Assembly (NCBI RefSeq): GCF_027923705.1
Contig: NZ_AP026442.1
Coordinates: 132,853-196,852, forward strand
Direction: 5' to 3'
DNA length: 64,000 bases
Source of the DNA: Cellulomonas sp. NTE-D12
GTDB taxonomy: Bacteria > Actinomycetota > Actinomycetes > Actinomycetales > Cellulomonadaceae
The notes beneath the pieces were generated by a model. The model saw nothing but the letters and a program-made list of their open reading frames with translations. It searched no databases and was not told the DNA's origin. Position 1 is the first letter of the stretch, and each line of letters starts with the position of its first letter. The translations under genes were made by a program, and so were the position numbers. Shown here piece by piece: positions 51,798 through 61,468 of this stretch.

Positions 51798-52583
51798 CTA
51801 CAGGGCGCCGGACTGACGCAGCGCGCCCACCAGCTCGGTGGCGGCGGCCGCGGCGTCGGACCCGTCGAAGATCCGCGCGGTGCGCTCGGCACCACCGGGC
51901 TTGGCGGTGGCCAGCGTGGTGAGCACGGCGCCGGGCTCGGCGACGGCCAGCTCCGCGAGGCTCAGCACCTCGACCGGCTTCTTGGCCGCCGCGAGGATGT
52001 CCTTCATCCCGGCGACGCGCGGCACCACGGCATCGGCCGTCGCGGCCAGCACCACCGGCGTGGGCACCGAGACGACGGCGGTGCCGGCGGGGAGCTCGCG
52101 CTCGACGACCAGCCCGGCCGTCCCGGCGTCGGCCACCCGCACGGCGCTGACCGCCGCCAGGCCCAGCCACCCGAGCGTGCCCGCGAGGGTGAGCGCCACC
52201 TGGCCCGCCGCCACGTCGACCGACGAGTCGCCGGCCAGCACCACGTCCACGTCGCCGATGCTGCGGACGGCCGCGGCGAGCACCGCCGCGATGCGCGTGC
52301 CGTCGGCACCGTCCAGCGCGTCGTCGGCCACCAGCACCAGGCGGTCCAGGCCGCGGGACAGTGCCGCCTTGCGGGCCAGCGGGGTGTCGATGCCGGCGGC
52401 GCCGACGGTCAGGCCGATCACCTCGCCACCGGTCGCGTCCGCCAGCTGACGGGCCAGCTCGAGCGCCACCGGGTCGTACTCGCTGACGGCCCACTTGGCG
52501 CGGCCGAGGTCGACGGACCCGTCGGCCGCGACGTCCGCGTCCTGGGGGTTGGGCGCCCACTTGTAGGCGACGACGATCTTCAT
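51798..52583 (-). CDS. etfB: electron-transfer flavoprotein beta subunit (FixA/YdiQ)
   Basis: A GAAGGAG RBS precedes the start. MKIVVAYKWAPNPQDADVAADGSVDLGRAKWAVSEYDPVALELA...; 261 aa. Confidence 0.8.
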   Translation of the reverse strand: MKIVVAYKWAPNPQDADVAADGSVDLGRAKWAVSEYDPVALELARQLADATGGEVIGLTVGAAGIDTPLARKAALSRGLDRLVLVADDALDGADGTRIAAVLAAAVRSIGDVDVVLAGDSSVDVAAGQVALTLAGTLGWLGLAAVSAVRVADAGTAGLVVERELPAGTAVVSVPTPVVLAATADAVVPRVAGMKDILAAAKKPVEVLSLAELAVAEPGAVLTTLATAKPGGAERTARIFDGSDAAAAATELVGALRQSGAL

Positions 52584-52616
52584 CGCAGCTCCTTCACGTA
52601 GCAGCCGAGCGCGGGC

Positions 52617-53759
52617 TCAGCTGTGGTCCTTGACGATCTGGCGGCCGGCGATGTGCACCATGATCTCGTCGGTCCCGCCGCCGAACCGGTGGCCGCGGAT
52701 GTCCCGCCACAGGCGCGAGACCCGGGTGCCGACGGTCACGCCGACCCCGCCGAAGATCTGCATCGCCTCGTCGGCGACCTCGAACGCCGCCATCGCGCAG
52801 TACCGCTTGCACAGCGCGCCCTGGCTCTTCAGCGGCACCTGCTGGTCGAGCATCCAGGCCGTGCGGAACACGAAGTTGCGCATGTTCTCGACCTTGATGG
52901 CCATGTCCGTCAGCTTCTGCTGGATCAGCTGGAACTCACCGATCGGCCGGCCGAACTGCACGCGCTGGGCGGCGTAGCTCGCCGCGTCCTCGAACGCGCA
53001 CTCGGCCAGGCCCAGGCACTGCGAGGCGATGACCAGGCGCTCCATCTCGAAGTTGCGCATCAGCTGCTTGAAGCCGTTGCCCTTGACGCCCACCAGGCAG
53101 GACTCGGGCAGCGTGACGTCGTCGAGGAAGATCTCGCACGAGTCCGAGATGTGCCAGACGATCTTGTCCAGCCGGTTCGTCGTCACCCCGGGCGCGTCCA
53201 TCGGCACCAGGTACATCGAGATCGCCTTGCGCGGGTCCTCGACCGCCGGGTCCTTCGCCATCAGCAGCAGGTACTTGGACTGCAGCGCGTTGGTGATCAG
53301 CGTCTTCGTGCCGTTGAACGTCACCAGGCCGTCGTGGTGCACCGCGCTGGTGGTCATCGCGGAGTTGTCCGACCCGGCGCCCGGCTCGGTGAAGCCGAGC
53401 GCGAACGGCACGTCGCCGCTGCTGAGCAGGCCCAGCACCTCCGCCTTCTGCTCCTCGGAGCCGAACTCGATGATGTCCATCGCCTGCAGCAGCTCGAGGC
53501 CGTAGCCGTTGTTCAGCCCCTGCCGGGCGGTGCGGGCGGCCAGCAGCACCAGCGTGATCGCGTCGACCGGCGTGCCGCCGTACTCCTCGGGGAAGCCGAG
53601 GGACATGAAGCCCGCCTCGTGCATCGCCTTGCGGAACGACGTCGGCGGCTGGTGGTGCAGGTCGAGGTCCGCGATGTACGACTCGGGGCACTCTCGCTCG
53701 AGCAGCTCGTCGAGGCTCTCGAGGAGCAGCTGCTGCTCGTCGGTCAGTCCGAAGTCCAT
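52617..53759 (-). CDS. acyl-CoA dehydrogenase (YdiO/CaiA-like)
   Basis: ATG at 53759 (MDFGLTDEQQLLLESLDELLERECPESYIADLD...). The C-terminus reads ...QIFGGVGVTVGTRVSRLWRDIRGHRFGGGTDEIMVHIAGRQIV. The protein is 380 aa. Confidence 0.8.
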   Translation of the reverse strand: MDFGLTDEQQLLLESLDELLERECPESYIADLDLHHQPPTSFRKAMHEAGFMSLGFPEEYGGTPVDAITLVLLAARTARQGLNNGYGLELLQAMDIIEFGSEEQKAEVLGLLSSGDVPFALGFTEPGAGSDNSAMTTSAVHHDGLVTFNGTKTLITNALQSKYLLLMAKDPAVEDPRKAISMYLVPMDAPGVTTNRLDKIVWHISDSCEIFLDDVTLPESCLVGVKGNGFKQLMRNFEMERLVIASQCLGLAECAFEDAASYAAQRVQFGRPIGEFQLIQQKLTDMAIKVENMRNFVFRTAWMLDQQVPLKSQGALCKRYCAMAAFEVADEAMQIFGGVGVTVGTRVSRLWRDIRGHRFGGGTDEIMVHIAGRQIVKDHS

Positions 53760-54007
53760 GGTCTGCCTTCCGCCGTCGGCGCGTCTGGGGGTGGTCGGGC
53801 GACCCTCACCGGGTGCCGCACGGCGATCGTCGGCCCGGCCCACGGGCGCGCACCAAGGACGATGGTCCCCGTTACGGACGACACGGGTCCGAATTTAGGG
53901 CCGGTGTGGCACGCGGAAGGACGATGGTCCTTTTTGCCGACGATCCGCGTCCGGAATCGTGATCCGCGTCCGGCGGGACCGTCCGCGGGTTGACGAAGGA
54001 GTGCGAC

Positions 54008-55585
54008 GTGGCACAGGTGATCACGGCAGCCCAGGCGGCCGCGCTGCTGAAGGACGGCGACACCGTCGCACTGAGCGGGTTCGGCCTGGCCTGCGTCAAC
54101 GAGGAGACGATGTCCGCCGTCGAGGCCCGGTTCCTCGCCGAGGCGCACCCCCGCGACCTGACCGTGATCCACGCGAGCGCCGTCGGCAACCGTCGCGACA
54201 AGGGCATGAGCCACTGGGCGCACCAGGGTCTGATCAAGCGCTGGATGGGCGGCATCGCCATCGCCTCGCCCGCGCTGGCGAACCTGATCGGCGCCGACGG
54301 CTGCGAGGCCTACAACCTCCCGCAGGGCGTGATCTGCCAGCTGTACCGCGAGGTCGCGGCGAAGCGTCCCGGCGTGATCACCAAGGTGGGTCTCGGCACG
54401 TTCGTCGACCCGCGCGTCGAGGGTGCCCGGATGTCCCCGTCCTCCACGGACGACTACGTCCAGCTGCTCGAGCTGGGCGGCGAGGAGTGGCTGTTCTACC
54501 CGTCGTTCCCCATCACGGTCGGGCTGATCCGCGGCACGGTGGCCGACGAGCGCGGCAACCTGACCCTCGAGCACGAGGGCCTGAAGATGGAGGTGCTCCC
54601 CATCGCGCAGGCCGTGCGCAACAGCGGCGGCATCGTGATCGCCCAGGTGGAGTCGATCGCGCAGGCGGGCAGCCTCGACCCGAACCTGGTCAAGGTGCCG
54701 GGCATCCTCGTCGACTACCTCGTCGTCTCCGAGCCGGAGAACCACTTCCAGACGGAGAACACCCACTACAACCCCTCGTTCTCCGGTCAGCTGCGCGTGC
54801 CGCTGTCCGGCGTCGAGTCCATCCCCCTCAGCGAGCGCAAGGTGATCGCCCGACGCTGCGCGATGGAGCTGCGTCCCGGTGCGGTGCTGAACCTCGGCGT
54901 CGGCATCCCGTGCGACGTCGGCACGGTGGTGGCCGAGGAGGGCCTGAGCGACCAGATCATGCTGACCACCGAGGCCGGCGCGATCGGCGGTGTGCCGGCC
55001 GGCCTGAAGGACTTCGGCCACGCGTACAACCCCGAGGCCCTGGTCGACATGCACGCGCAGTTCGACTTCTACGACGGCGGCGGCCTGGACTGCGCGGTGC
55101 TGGGCCTGGCGCAGACCGACCAGCACGGGAACGTCAACGTCTCCAAGTTCGGCGTGCGGGTGGCCGGCTGCGGCGGGTTCATCAACATCTGCCAGTCCGC
55201 CAAGACGCTGATCTTCGCGGGGACGTTCACCGCCGGCGGGCTCGACGTCGTCGTCGCCGACGGCCGGCTGGAGGTCCGCACCGAGGGCAAGGCGCGCAAG
55301 TTCCTCGCCGACGTCGAGCAGATCACCTTCTCCGGCCCGTACTCCCGCGAGCGCGACCAGCGGGTGCTGTACGTCACCGAGCGGGCGGTGTTCGAGCTGC
55401 TCGACGGCGTGATGACGCTCATCGAGATCGCACCCGGCGTCGACCTGCAGCGGGACGTCCTCGACCTCATGGACTTCACCCCGGCGGTGTCCCCGGACCT
55501 GGCCGAGATGCCTGCCGGGCTGTTCGCCGAGGTGTGGGGCGGTCTGGGCGCCACCGCGGGCGTCCCCGAGCCCGCCCTCGGCTGA
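54008..55585 (+). CDS. family I acyl-CoA:acetate/3-ketoacid CoA-transferase, fused alpha/beta (YdiF/Pct-like)
   Basis: A GAAGGAG RBS precedes the GTG at 54008. It has the SENTHYNPSFSG and ...TEAGAIGGVPAG... motifs. The protein is 525 aa (the 531-aa ORF includes an upstream Met). Confidence 0.75.
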   Translation: MAQVITAAQAAALLKDGDTVALSGFGLACVNEETMSAVEARFLAEAHPRDLTVIHASAVGNRRDKGMSHWAHQGLIKRWMGGIAIASPALANLIGADGCEAYNLPQGVICQLYREVAAKRPGVITKVGLGTFVDPRVEGARMSPSSTDDYVQLLELGGEEWLFYPSFPITVGLIRGTVADERGNLTLEHEGLKMEVLPIAQAVRNSGGIVIAQVESIAQAGSLDPNLVKVPGILVDYLVVSEPENHFQTENTHYNPSFSGQLRVPLSGVESIPLSERKVIARRCAMELRPGAVLNLGVGIPCDVGTVVAEEGLSDQIMLTTEAGAIGGVPAGLKDFGHAYNPEALVDMHAQFDFYDGGGLDCAVLGLAQTDQHGNVNVSKFGVRVAGCGGFINICQSAKTLIFAGTFTAGGLDVVVADGRLEVRTEGKARKFLADVEQITFSGPYSRERDQRVLYVTERAVFELLDGVMTLIEIAPGVDLQRDVLDLMDFTPAVSPDLAEMPAGLFAEVWGGLGATAGVPEPALG

Positions 55586-55653
55586 GCCCCCACAGCTTCG
55601 AACCGACCCCATCGTGCGGGCGCCGTCGCCCGCACCTCTCGAAAGGGCACGTG

Positions 55654-56934
55654 ATGTCCAACCAACCGGCGCCCACCCTGAACAGGTGGACCGTCCTGAC
55701 CGGCTCGGTGCTGGTCCTGCTGTGCACAGGCGCCATCTATGCGTTCTCCGTGTTCGCCGGCCCCCTGACCGCCGGCCACGGCTGGACGATGTCCCAGGTG
55801 ATGCTGGCGTTCACCATCAACGGCGCCGTCGCCCCGATCCCCATGATCCTGGGCGGCTACATCATCGACCGCGGAGGCGCCCGGTGGGCGATCCTCTTCG
55901 GCGCGATCCTGTTCGCGCTCGGGTTCGTGCTCACCGGCACGGCCACCACGCTGACGCAGCTGTACCTGTACTACGGCCTGGTCGCCGGGCTGGGCCAGGG
56001 CTTCGCGTACTCCGGCTGCCTGAACAACACGATCAAGCTGTTCCCGGACCGCCGCGGCTTCGCGGCCGGCGTCATCACGGCGGGCATGGGTGCCGGCTCG
56101 GTGATCGCGGCACCGGTGGCGCAGTCGATCGTCAAGAGCAACGGTCCCGGCGCCGCCTTCGTGCGGATGGGCCTGGTCTACGCGGTCGTCGTGGTGATCG
56201 GTGCGCTGCTGGTCCGGCCGGCCCCCGTCGGCTACAAGCCGGCGGGGTGGACGCCGCCCGCCGGCGCTCCCGCGGTGGAGAACCGGACGTGGCGGGACAT
56301 GCTCGGCAAGCCGACGTTCTACCTGATCTTCGTGATGCTCGGTGCCGGCGCGTTCTCCGGCCTGATGATCGCCTCGCAGCTGTCGCCGATCGCGCAGACC
56401 AGCATGTTCGGCATCACGGCCGGCACCGCGGCGGTGCTCGTCTCGGTCTACTCGATCTGCAACGCCCTGGGCCGCTTCGGCTGGGGCGCCGTGTCCGACC
56501 GACTTGGGTACACCACGGCGGTGGCGTTCATCTACGGGCTGGTCGCCGTGTCCTTCCTGGTGATGCTGACCGTGCACTCGACCGTCGGGTTCGTCATCGG
56601 CATCGTCGGCCTCGGCCTGTGCTTCGGCGGCGTGATGGGCGTGTTCCCCGCGCTGACGATGAAGACCTACGGCCCGCGGTTCCAGGGGGTCAACTACGGG
56701 ATCATGTTCACCGCGTACTCGATCGCCGCGTACTTCGGGCCGAAGATCGGCGCGAGCCTCGGCAAGTGGAACCCCAAGCACCCCGGCAGCGGTGACTACA
56801 CGCAGCCGTTCGTCATCGCGATCGTCGTGACGCTGGTGGGTCTCGGCCTGACCCTGGCGCTCGCGCGGATGACGGCGTCGAAGACCGCGGCCGTGGCTGC
56901 CGCGGAGCCGAACCGCGTCGGCGCGGGCTCCTGA
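55654..56934 (+). CDS. MFS transporter, oxalate/formate antiporter (OFA)-like
   Basis: ATG at 55654 (MSNQPAPTLNRWTVLTGSVLVLLCTGAIYAFSVFAGPL...). The protein is 426 aa with 12 TM. Confidence 0.7.
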   Translation: MSNQPAPTLNRWTVLTGSVLVLLCTGAIYAFSVFAGPLTAGHGWTMSQVMLAFTINGAVAPIPMILGGYIIDRGGARWAILFGAILFALGFVLTGTATTLTQLYLYYGLVAGLGQGFAYSGCLNNTIKLFPDRRGFAAGVITAGMGAGSVIAAPVAQSIVKSNGPGAAFVRMGLVYAVVVVIGALLVRPAPVGYKPAGWTPPAGAPAVENRTWRDMLGKPTFYLIFVMLGAGAFSGLMIASQLSPIAQTSMFGITAGTAAVLVSVYSICNALGRFGWGAVSDRLGYTTAVAFIYGLVAVSFLVMLTVHSTVGFVIGIVGLGLCFGGVMGVFPALTMKTYGPRFQGVNYGIMFTAYSIAAYFGPKIGASLGKWNPKHPGSGDYTQPFVIAIVVTLVGLGLTLALARMTASKTAAVAAAEPNRVGAGS

Positions 56935-56992
56935 GCCGGCACGCGCCGAACGAAGCCGTCGGGGTGCGCGGAGTCTCCCCCCGCGCACCCCG

Positions 56993-58510
56993 ATGACCGA
57001 CGGAGGACAGATGGGCCCGGACCTGAGCCTTGCGGCGGCGGTGGCCGCCCGGGCGCTCGACGGTCCGCACCGCGTCGCCACGGTGGACGACCAGGACGCG
57101 ACGCTCACGTTCGCCGAGCTGGACCGTGCCGCGGCCGGCCTCGCCGCCACCCTCGCCGATGCCGGGGTGGCGGCGGGCGACCGCGTCGCCTGGGCGGGCC
57201 GCAACCATCCCGGTCTGCTGATCACGTTGCTGGCGGCCCAGCGCCTCGGTGCCGTGCTCGTCCCGCTCAGCTTCCGCGCAGCACCCGGCGAGACCGCCGA
57301 GATGGTGCAGTGGTGCGGCGCTCGCGTCGTCGTCGGGCTCGAGGCCGCGGCGGAGCAGCTGGCGGACCTCCCGTCGTCCGTCACCACCCTGCGCTGGGGC
57401 GCGGAGCTGGTGAACCGGCCGGGACCCGCGCGACCGCGGGCCGCCGCACCGGACGACCTCGCGGTGCTGCTGCACTCGTCCGGCACGTCCGGCAGGCCCA
57501 AGGCGGTGATGCTGAGCCACGCCAACCTCTGGTGGAGCGCCCGCAACCTCGAGGCGGTCCTCGACCTGCACCGGGCCGACGTGACGCTGGCCGTCGCCCC
57601 GCTGTTCCACGTCGGCGGCCTGAACTGCTTCACCCTGGCGACGCTCGCGCGGGGCGGCACGGTGCTGCTGCGCGCCGGCTTCGGCCCGGCGCGCACGCTG
57701 GCCGACCTCGCGTCGCGCGTGACCACCGTGTTCGGCGTCCCCGCGATGTACGAGGCGGTCGCGCGGCAACCCGGCTTCGCCACTGCGGACCTCTCCGGCG
57801 TCCGGGCGGCGATCGTCGGCGGCGCCGCCGTCCGCCCACAGCTCCTCGAGGCCTACCGGGCCCGCGGCCTCGCGCTGTTGCCGTCCTGGGGCATGACCGA
57901 GGCGGCGCCCTGCGGGACGGTGCTGCCGGCGGCGTGGGTGGCCGCCAAGCCGACCTCCGTGGGACTGCCGCTGCCCTACCTCCGCGTCGAGCTGCACCAC
58001 CCGGAGACCGAGCAGCCGGTGACGGGCGTCGGCTGCCCGGGGGAGATCTGGCTGAGCGGCCCGCAGGTGACCGCCGGCTACTGGGCCGATCCCGAGGCGA
58101 CGGCCCGTGCCGTCCGCGGCGGCTGGTTCCGCACCGGCGACCTCGCCGCGTGGGACGACGACGGGTGCCTGCGGCTGGTGGGACGGCTCTCCGAGGTGGT
58201 GAACTCCGGCGGCGAGAAGATCTGCCCCGGCGAGGTCGAGGCCGCGCTGATGCCGCTGGCCGAGGCCCGCGACTGCGAGCTCGTGGTGCTCGGCGTCCCG
58301 GACGCGACGTGGGGCGAGGTGGTGGTCGTCGTCGCGGAGTGCCGCTCGCAGCCGGCCCCCACGCTCGACGACGTGCGCGCGGCGGCCGGTGCCTCGGTCG
58401 CCCGGTTCAAGCTGCCGAAGCACCTGCTGGTGGTCGACGCGCTGCCGCGCACGCCGACCGGCAAGGTGGACCGCCGCGCGCTGACCGAGCTGGCGCAGCG
58501 CCGGCTCTGA
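56993..58510 (+). CDS. AMP-dependent acyl-CoA synthetase/ligase (FadK-like short/medium-chain)
   Basis: The AMP-binding motif is LLHSSGTSGRPKAVMLSH. Other motifs are ...YGMTEA..., ...GWFRTGD... and ...PRTPTGKVDRRAL. Confidence 0.8.
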   Translation: MTDGGQMGPDLSLAAAVAARALDGPHRVATVDDQDATLTFAELDRAAAGLAATLADAGVAAGDRVAWAGRNHPGLLITLLAAQRLGAVLVPLSFRAAPGETAEMVQWCGARVVVGLEAAAEQLADLPSSVTTLRWGAELVNRPGPARPRAAAPDDLAVLLHSSGTSGRPKAVMLSHANLWWSARNLEAVLDLHRADVTLAVAPLFHVGGLNCFTLATLARGGTVLLRAGFGPARTLADLASRVTTVFGVPAMYEAVARQPGFATADLSGVRAAIVGGAAVRPQLLEAYRARGLALLPSWGMTEAAPCGTVLPAAWVAAKPTSVGLPLPYLRVELHHPETEQPVTGVGCPGEIWLSGPQVTAGYWADPEATARAVRGGWFRTGDLAAWDDDGCLRLVGRLSEVVNSGGEKICPGEVEAALMPLAEARDCELVVLGVPDATWGEVVVVVAECRSQPAPTLDDVRAAAGASVARFKLPKHLLVVDALPRTPTGKVDRRALTELAQRRL

Positions 58511-58560
58511 GCCGGCCGGGTGGGGGTCTCGCATCGCACGGGACCGACCACCGGGGTCAC

Positions 58561-59061
58561 TCACACCTCCCGCAGCACCTCGCGGGCGAACCGCAGCGAC
58601 CGCTCCCGCAGACCCTCGATGCGCCGCCGCACCACCCCGGCGGGGTCCTGGCCGGCCTCGATGATCGTCGGGCGCCGCCGCACGTTGCGCGAGCACTCGA
58701 ACCGGGTGCAGATCAGCGTGCCGATGGTGTCGCCCCTGCGGCCGGCGGCCCCGGCCCGGCGGGCGACGTACAGCGACACGTCGTCGGTGGCCGTCACGTC
58801 CTCGCACCACGCGCAGACGGCGCGGCGCCGGGAGCCGGGGTCGTCGGGCGCCCGCAGCGCGACGCCGACCAGCGCGTCGTCGACGGTGAGCACGACGTAG
58901 GCGCGCAGCGGTGCCTTGCGGTCCACCCAGCCCAGGTAGTCGAGGCGGTCCCAGGCCTCGGGAGTCAGGCCGGACAGGTCGGGGAGGGTTACCTGCGACG
59001 CCTCGCGGCGCGAGCAGTTGACGAAGGACGAGCGGATCTGGGACTCGGTCAGGGGGTTCAC
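58561..59061 (-). CDS. FBP C-terminal treble-clef zinc-finger domain protein
   Basis: The GTG at 59061 begins VNPLTESQIRSSFVNCSRREA...CAWCEDVTATDDVSLYVARRAG...IGTLICTRFECSRNVRR. Confidence 0.45.
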   Translation of the reverse strand: MNPLTESQIRSSFVNCSRREASQVTLPDLSGLTPEAWDRLDYLGWVDRKAPLRAYVVLTVDDALVGVALRAPDDPGSRRRAVCAWCEDVTATDDVSLYVARRAGAAGRRGDTIGTLICTRFECSRNVRRRPTIIEAGQDPAGVVRRRIEGLRERSLRFAREVLREV

Positions 59062-59389
59062 GGCTCTCGGCTCTCGTGCGACGGGGAGCCGTCGACACCG
59101 GCTGCCGCACGACGAGGTGGTCGCCAGGCGGGCGGGTCGACGGCGAAGGACGAGGGCCCGCCGAGGGTGCGCCGAGCGCGCCGGACCGTGCGGTCCGACG
59201 GGGTTGCTGCCGTGAGGCGTCAGGCGTTCCGGGCGGGCGTCCGGCCCAGGCCCGAGCAGGCCGCGACGGCCGCCCCGCTTCCCCGCTGCATCGTGATGCG
59301 CTCCGTGCTCACCGGCCGCCGGCTGCTCCCGCGGCACATCCGCCCGCCATGGTGCGACGCCGCCGGGCGCCGGGGCAAGCCGATTCGTC

Positions 59390-60994
59390 CTATGCCTGGC
59401 CGGTGCCCGGCTCGTGCCGGAACAGGTCGCGCACCCGCTGCCGGGCGCGGACGTCCTCGCCGCTCGGGTCCAGCTGCACCACCAGGTGCACGTAGTCGCC
59501 GGGCAGCAGGATCGACCGCGACGTCGGCGCGTAGTCGTGCATCGAGCGGCGCAGGCGCACCACCCGGGTGCCCGCCGGCAGGTCGAGCTCGGCGATGCGG
59601 TGCCCGGCCGCCGCGCTGCCGAGCTCGACGGCCAGCTCGATCGTCGCGTCCTCGTCGTACGGCTGGCCGGGGGTGCCCGCCGCCAGGCCGGCGGCGGGCC
59701 CGGCCGACGGACCGGCTGCGAGGAACCGGTGCAGCAGCACGTCGTAGATCGGCTTGCCGCGCAGCAGGTCGGCGGTCAGCAGCGCCAGCAGCACGCAGCC
59801 GGCGACGGGCAGCGTGTGCACCACGCGACCGGACATCTCGGCGACCAGCAGGATGCTGGTGATCGGCGCCTGCACGCTGGCCGCGAGCACACCCGCCATC
59901 GCGCACAGCGCCAGCGTCGGCACGTAGGCGTGCGGCAGCCCGGCGTGCCCGGCGGCCAGGGCGAACGCACTTCCGGTCAGCGCCCCGACGGCGAGGATCG
60001 GCATGAAGATGCCGCCGGGCGTCCCGCTGCCGAAGCTGGTCGACGTGAACAGCAGCTTGACGACCAGCAGCACCAGCACCAGGCCCAGCCCGCCGCTGAC
60101 CGTCTCGGCGAACCGGATCAGGTCCTCGCCGCCACCCAGCACCTGCGGCAGCGCGAGGCCGACGGGCAGCGCCAGCACCATGGCGAGCACCGGCCGCCAC
60201 CGAGCCGGCACCCGCCGGTAGGCCGTCTGCGAGCCGAGCAGCGCCCGGTTGGTCACCACCCCGACGGCGCCGGCGACCGGACCCAGCAGCACCACCCAGA
60301 GGTACAGGTGCACCGGCAGCACGGGCACGGCGCCGAAGTCGAGCACCGGCTGCAGCCCGAACACCACGGACGACACCACGTCGGACGTCAGCGCCGCGGA
60401 GGCGGCCGTCAGCAGGACCGCCGGCGAGAAGCTCCGGTGCAGCTCCTCCAGCGCGAACACGGTCCCGGACAGCGGCGCGCTGAAGGCTGCCGACAGGCCC
60501 GCCGCAGCGCCGGCCGTCACCAGGTGGTCACGCTCCAGCCGGGTCGCGCCCACGGCAGCAGTCACCGCCTGGGCCGCCCCGGCACCGATCTGGATCGACG
60601 GCCCCTCGCGGCCGAGCGACAGACCGGCCAGCGACCCGAGCGCCCCGCCGACGAACCGCACCACCAGCACACCGGCGGCCCGCACCCGCAGCCCGTACAG
60701 CACCATGCCCTTGACCTGCGGGATCCCGCTGCCCGTCGCCGCCGGCACCCGCCGCAGCGCGGCGGCGATCACCAGGGCCGCGGCCACGGCGGCGGCCAGC
60801 CACAGCGGCACCAGCACCGGCTGCTGCGCGAGCCGCAGGTACACCCGGCGCGCGACGCCGACGCCGGCACCGAGCAGCGCCCGGTAGGCCACCACCAGCA
60901 GGCCCGCGACCAGGCCGGTCAGCACGGCACGCCACACCAGCCGCCACGTGGCGACGTCGCGGGGGGACAGCTGCAGCCGCACGGCGCAGGTCAC
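59390..60994 (-). CDS. ClC family chloride channel/H+-Cl- antiporter with C-terminal TrkA-C-like domain
   Basis: GSGIPQVKG, GREGPSIQIGAGAA and GTVFALEEL are ClC selectivity motifs. The C-terminal soluble domain reads ...LPAGTRVVRLRRS...VHLVVQ.... Confidence 0.8.
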   Translation of the reverse strand: MTCAVRLQLSPRDVATWRLVWRAVLTGLVAGLLVVAYRALLGAGVGVARRVYLRLAQQPVLVPLWLAAAVAAALVIAAALRRVPAATGSGIPQVKGMVLYGLRVRAAGVLVVRFVGGALGSLAGLSLGREGPSIQIGAGAAQAVTAAVGATRLERDHLVTAGAAAGLSAAFSAPLSGTVFALEELHRSFSPAVLLTAASAALTSDVVSSVVFGLQPVLDFGAVPVLPVHLYLWVVLLGPVAGAVGVVTNRALLGSQTAYRRVPARWRPVLAMVLALPVGLALPQVLGGGEDLIRFAETVSGGLGLVLVLLVVKLLFTSTSFGSGTPGGIFMPILAVGALTGSAFALAAGHAGLPHAYVPTLALCAMAGVLAASVQAPITSILLVAEMSGRVVHTLPVAGCVLLALLTADLLRGKPIYDVLLHRFLAAGPSAGPAAGLAAGTPGQPYDEDATIELAVELGSAAAGHRIAELDLPAGTRVVRLRRSMHDYAPTSRSILLPGDYVHLVVQLDPSGEDVRARQRVRDLFRHEPGTGQA

Positions 60995-61468
60995 CTCCCA
61001 GGGGGCCGACGGCGGGTGCGGGTGTCGGCGGTGCGAATCATCCCACCTCCACCCGTTCGCCTCACGTCGGGTGGCGCGTGAAGCCCTCTCCGGCGACTAG
61101 CCTTGACTCGGGCCGCCGTGCGGCGTGCCCTCGGACCCCGACCGGGGAGGTGAGCCCTCGTGGACCCAGGCAGTACTCGACGGGCTCGCCTCGCAGCGGT
61201 CGCGCTCCGCACCTCCCGGATCTGATCCCGGACGGCCGGGCGCCGTCGCACGTGGCGGGCTCACGCGCTCGTCGACGTCGTCGAGCGGGTCGGAGCGCCG
61301 GCAGCATCGCCGCGCCCCGTCGTCGTGCCCTCCCGCGGCTCCCGTGACACGCGTCCCGTCACCTGTCAGCACAGCCCCGCCCTGCGTGAACGCGGCCTGC
61401 GTGCCTGCCCGCGCCTCGCACGCGCACCCACGCCTCTCGGCCGGGCTGCCGAACGTTCGGAGTGCCCC

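Larger units (their letters stand above)
49249..58510. other. ydiF-ydiO-ydiQRST-fadK-like (fixABCX + ACAD + CoA-transferase + CoA-ligase + OFA transporter) acyl-CoA redox cluster
   Basis: Gene-for-gene correspondence to the E. coli ydi/fix-cai-type clusters can be read from the translations. The sizes match YdiF 531, YdiO 383, YdiQ 254, YdiR 312, YdiS 429 and YdiT 97. Confidence 0.6.
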
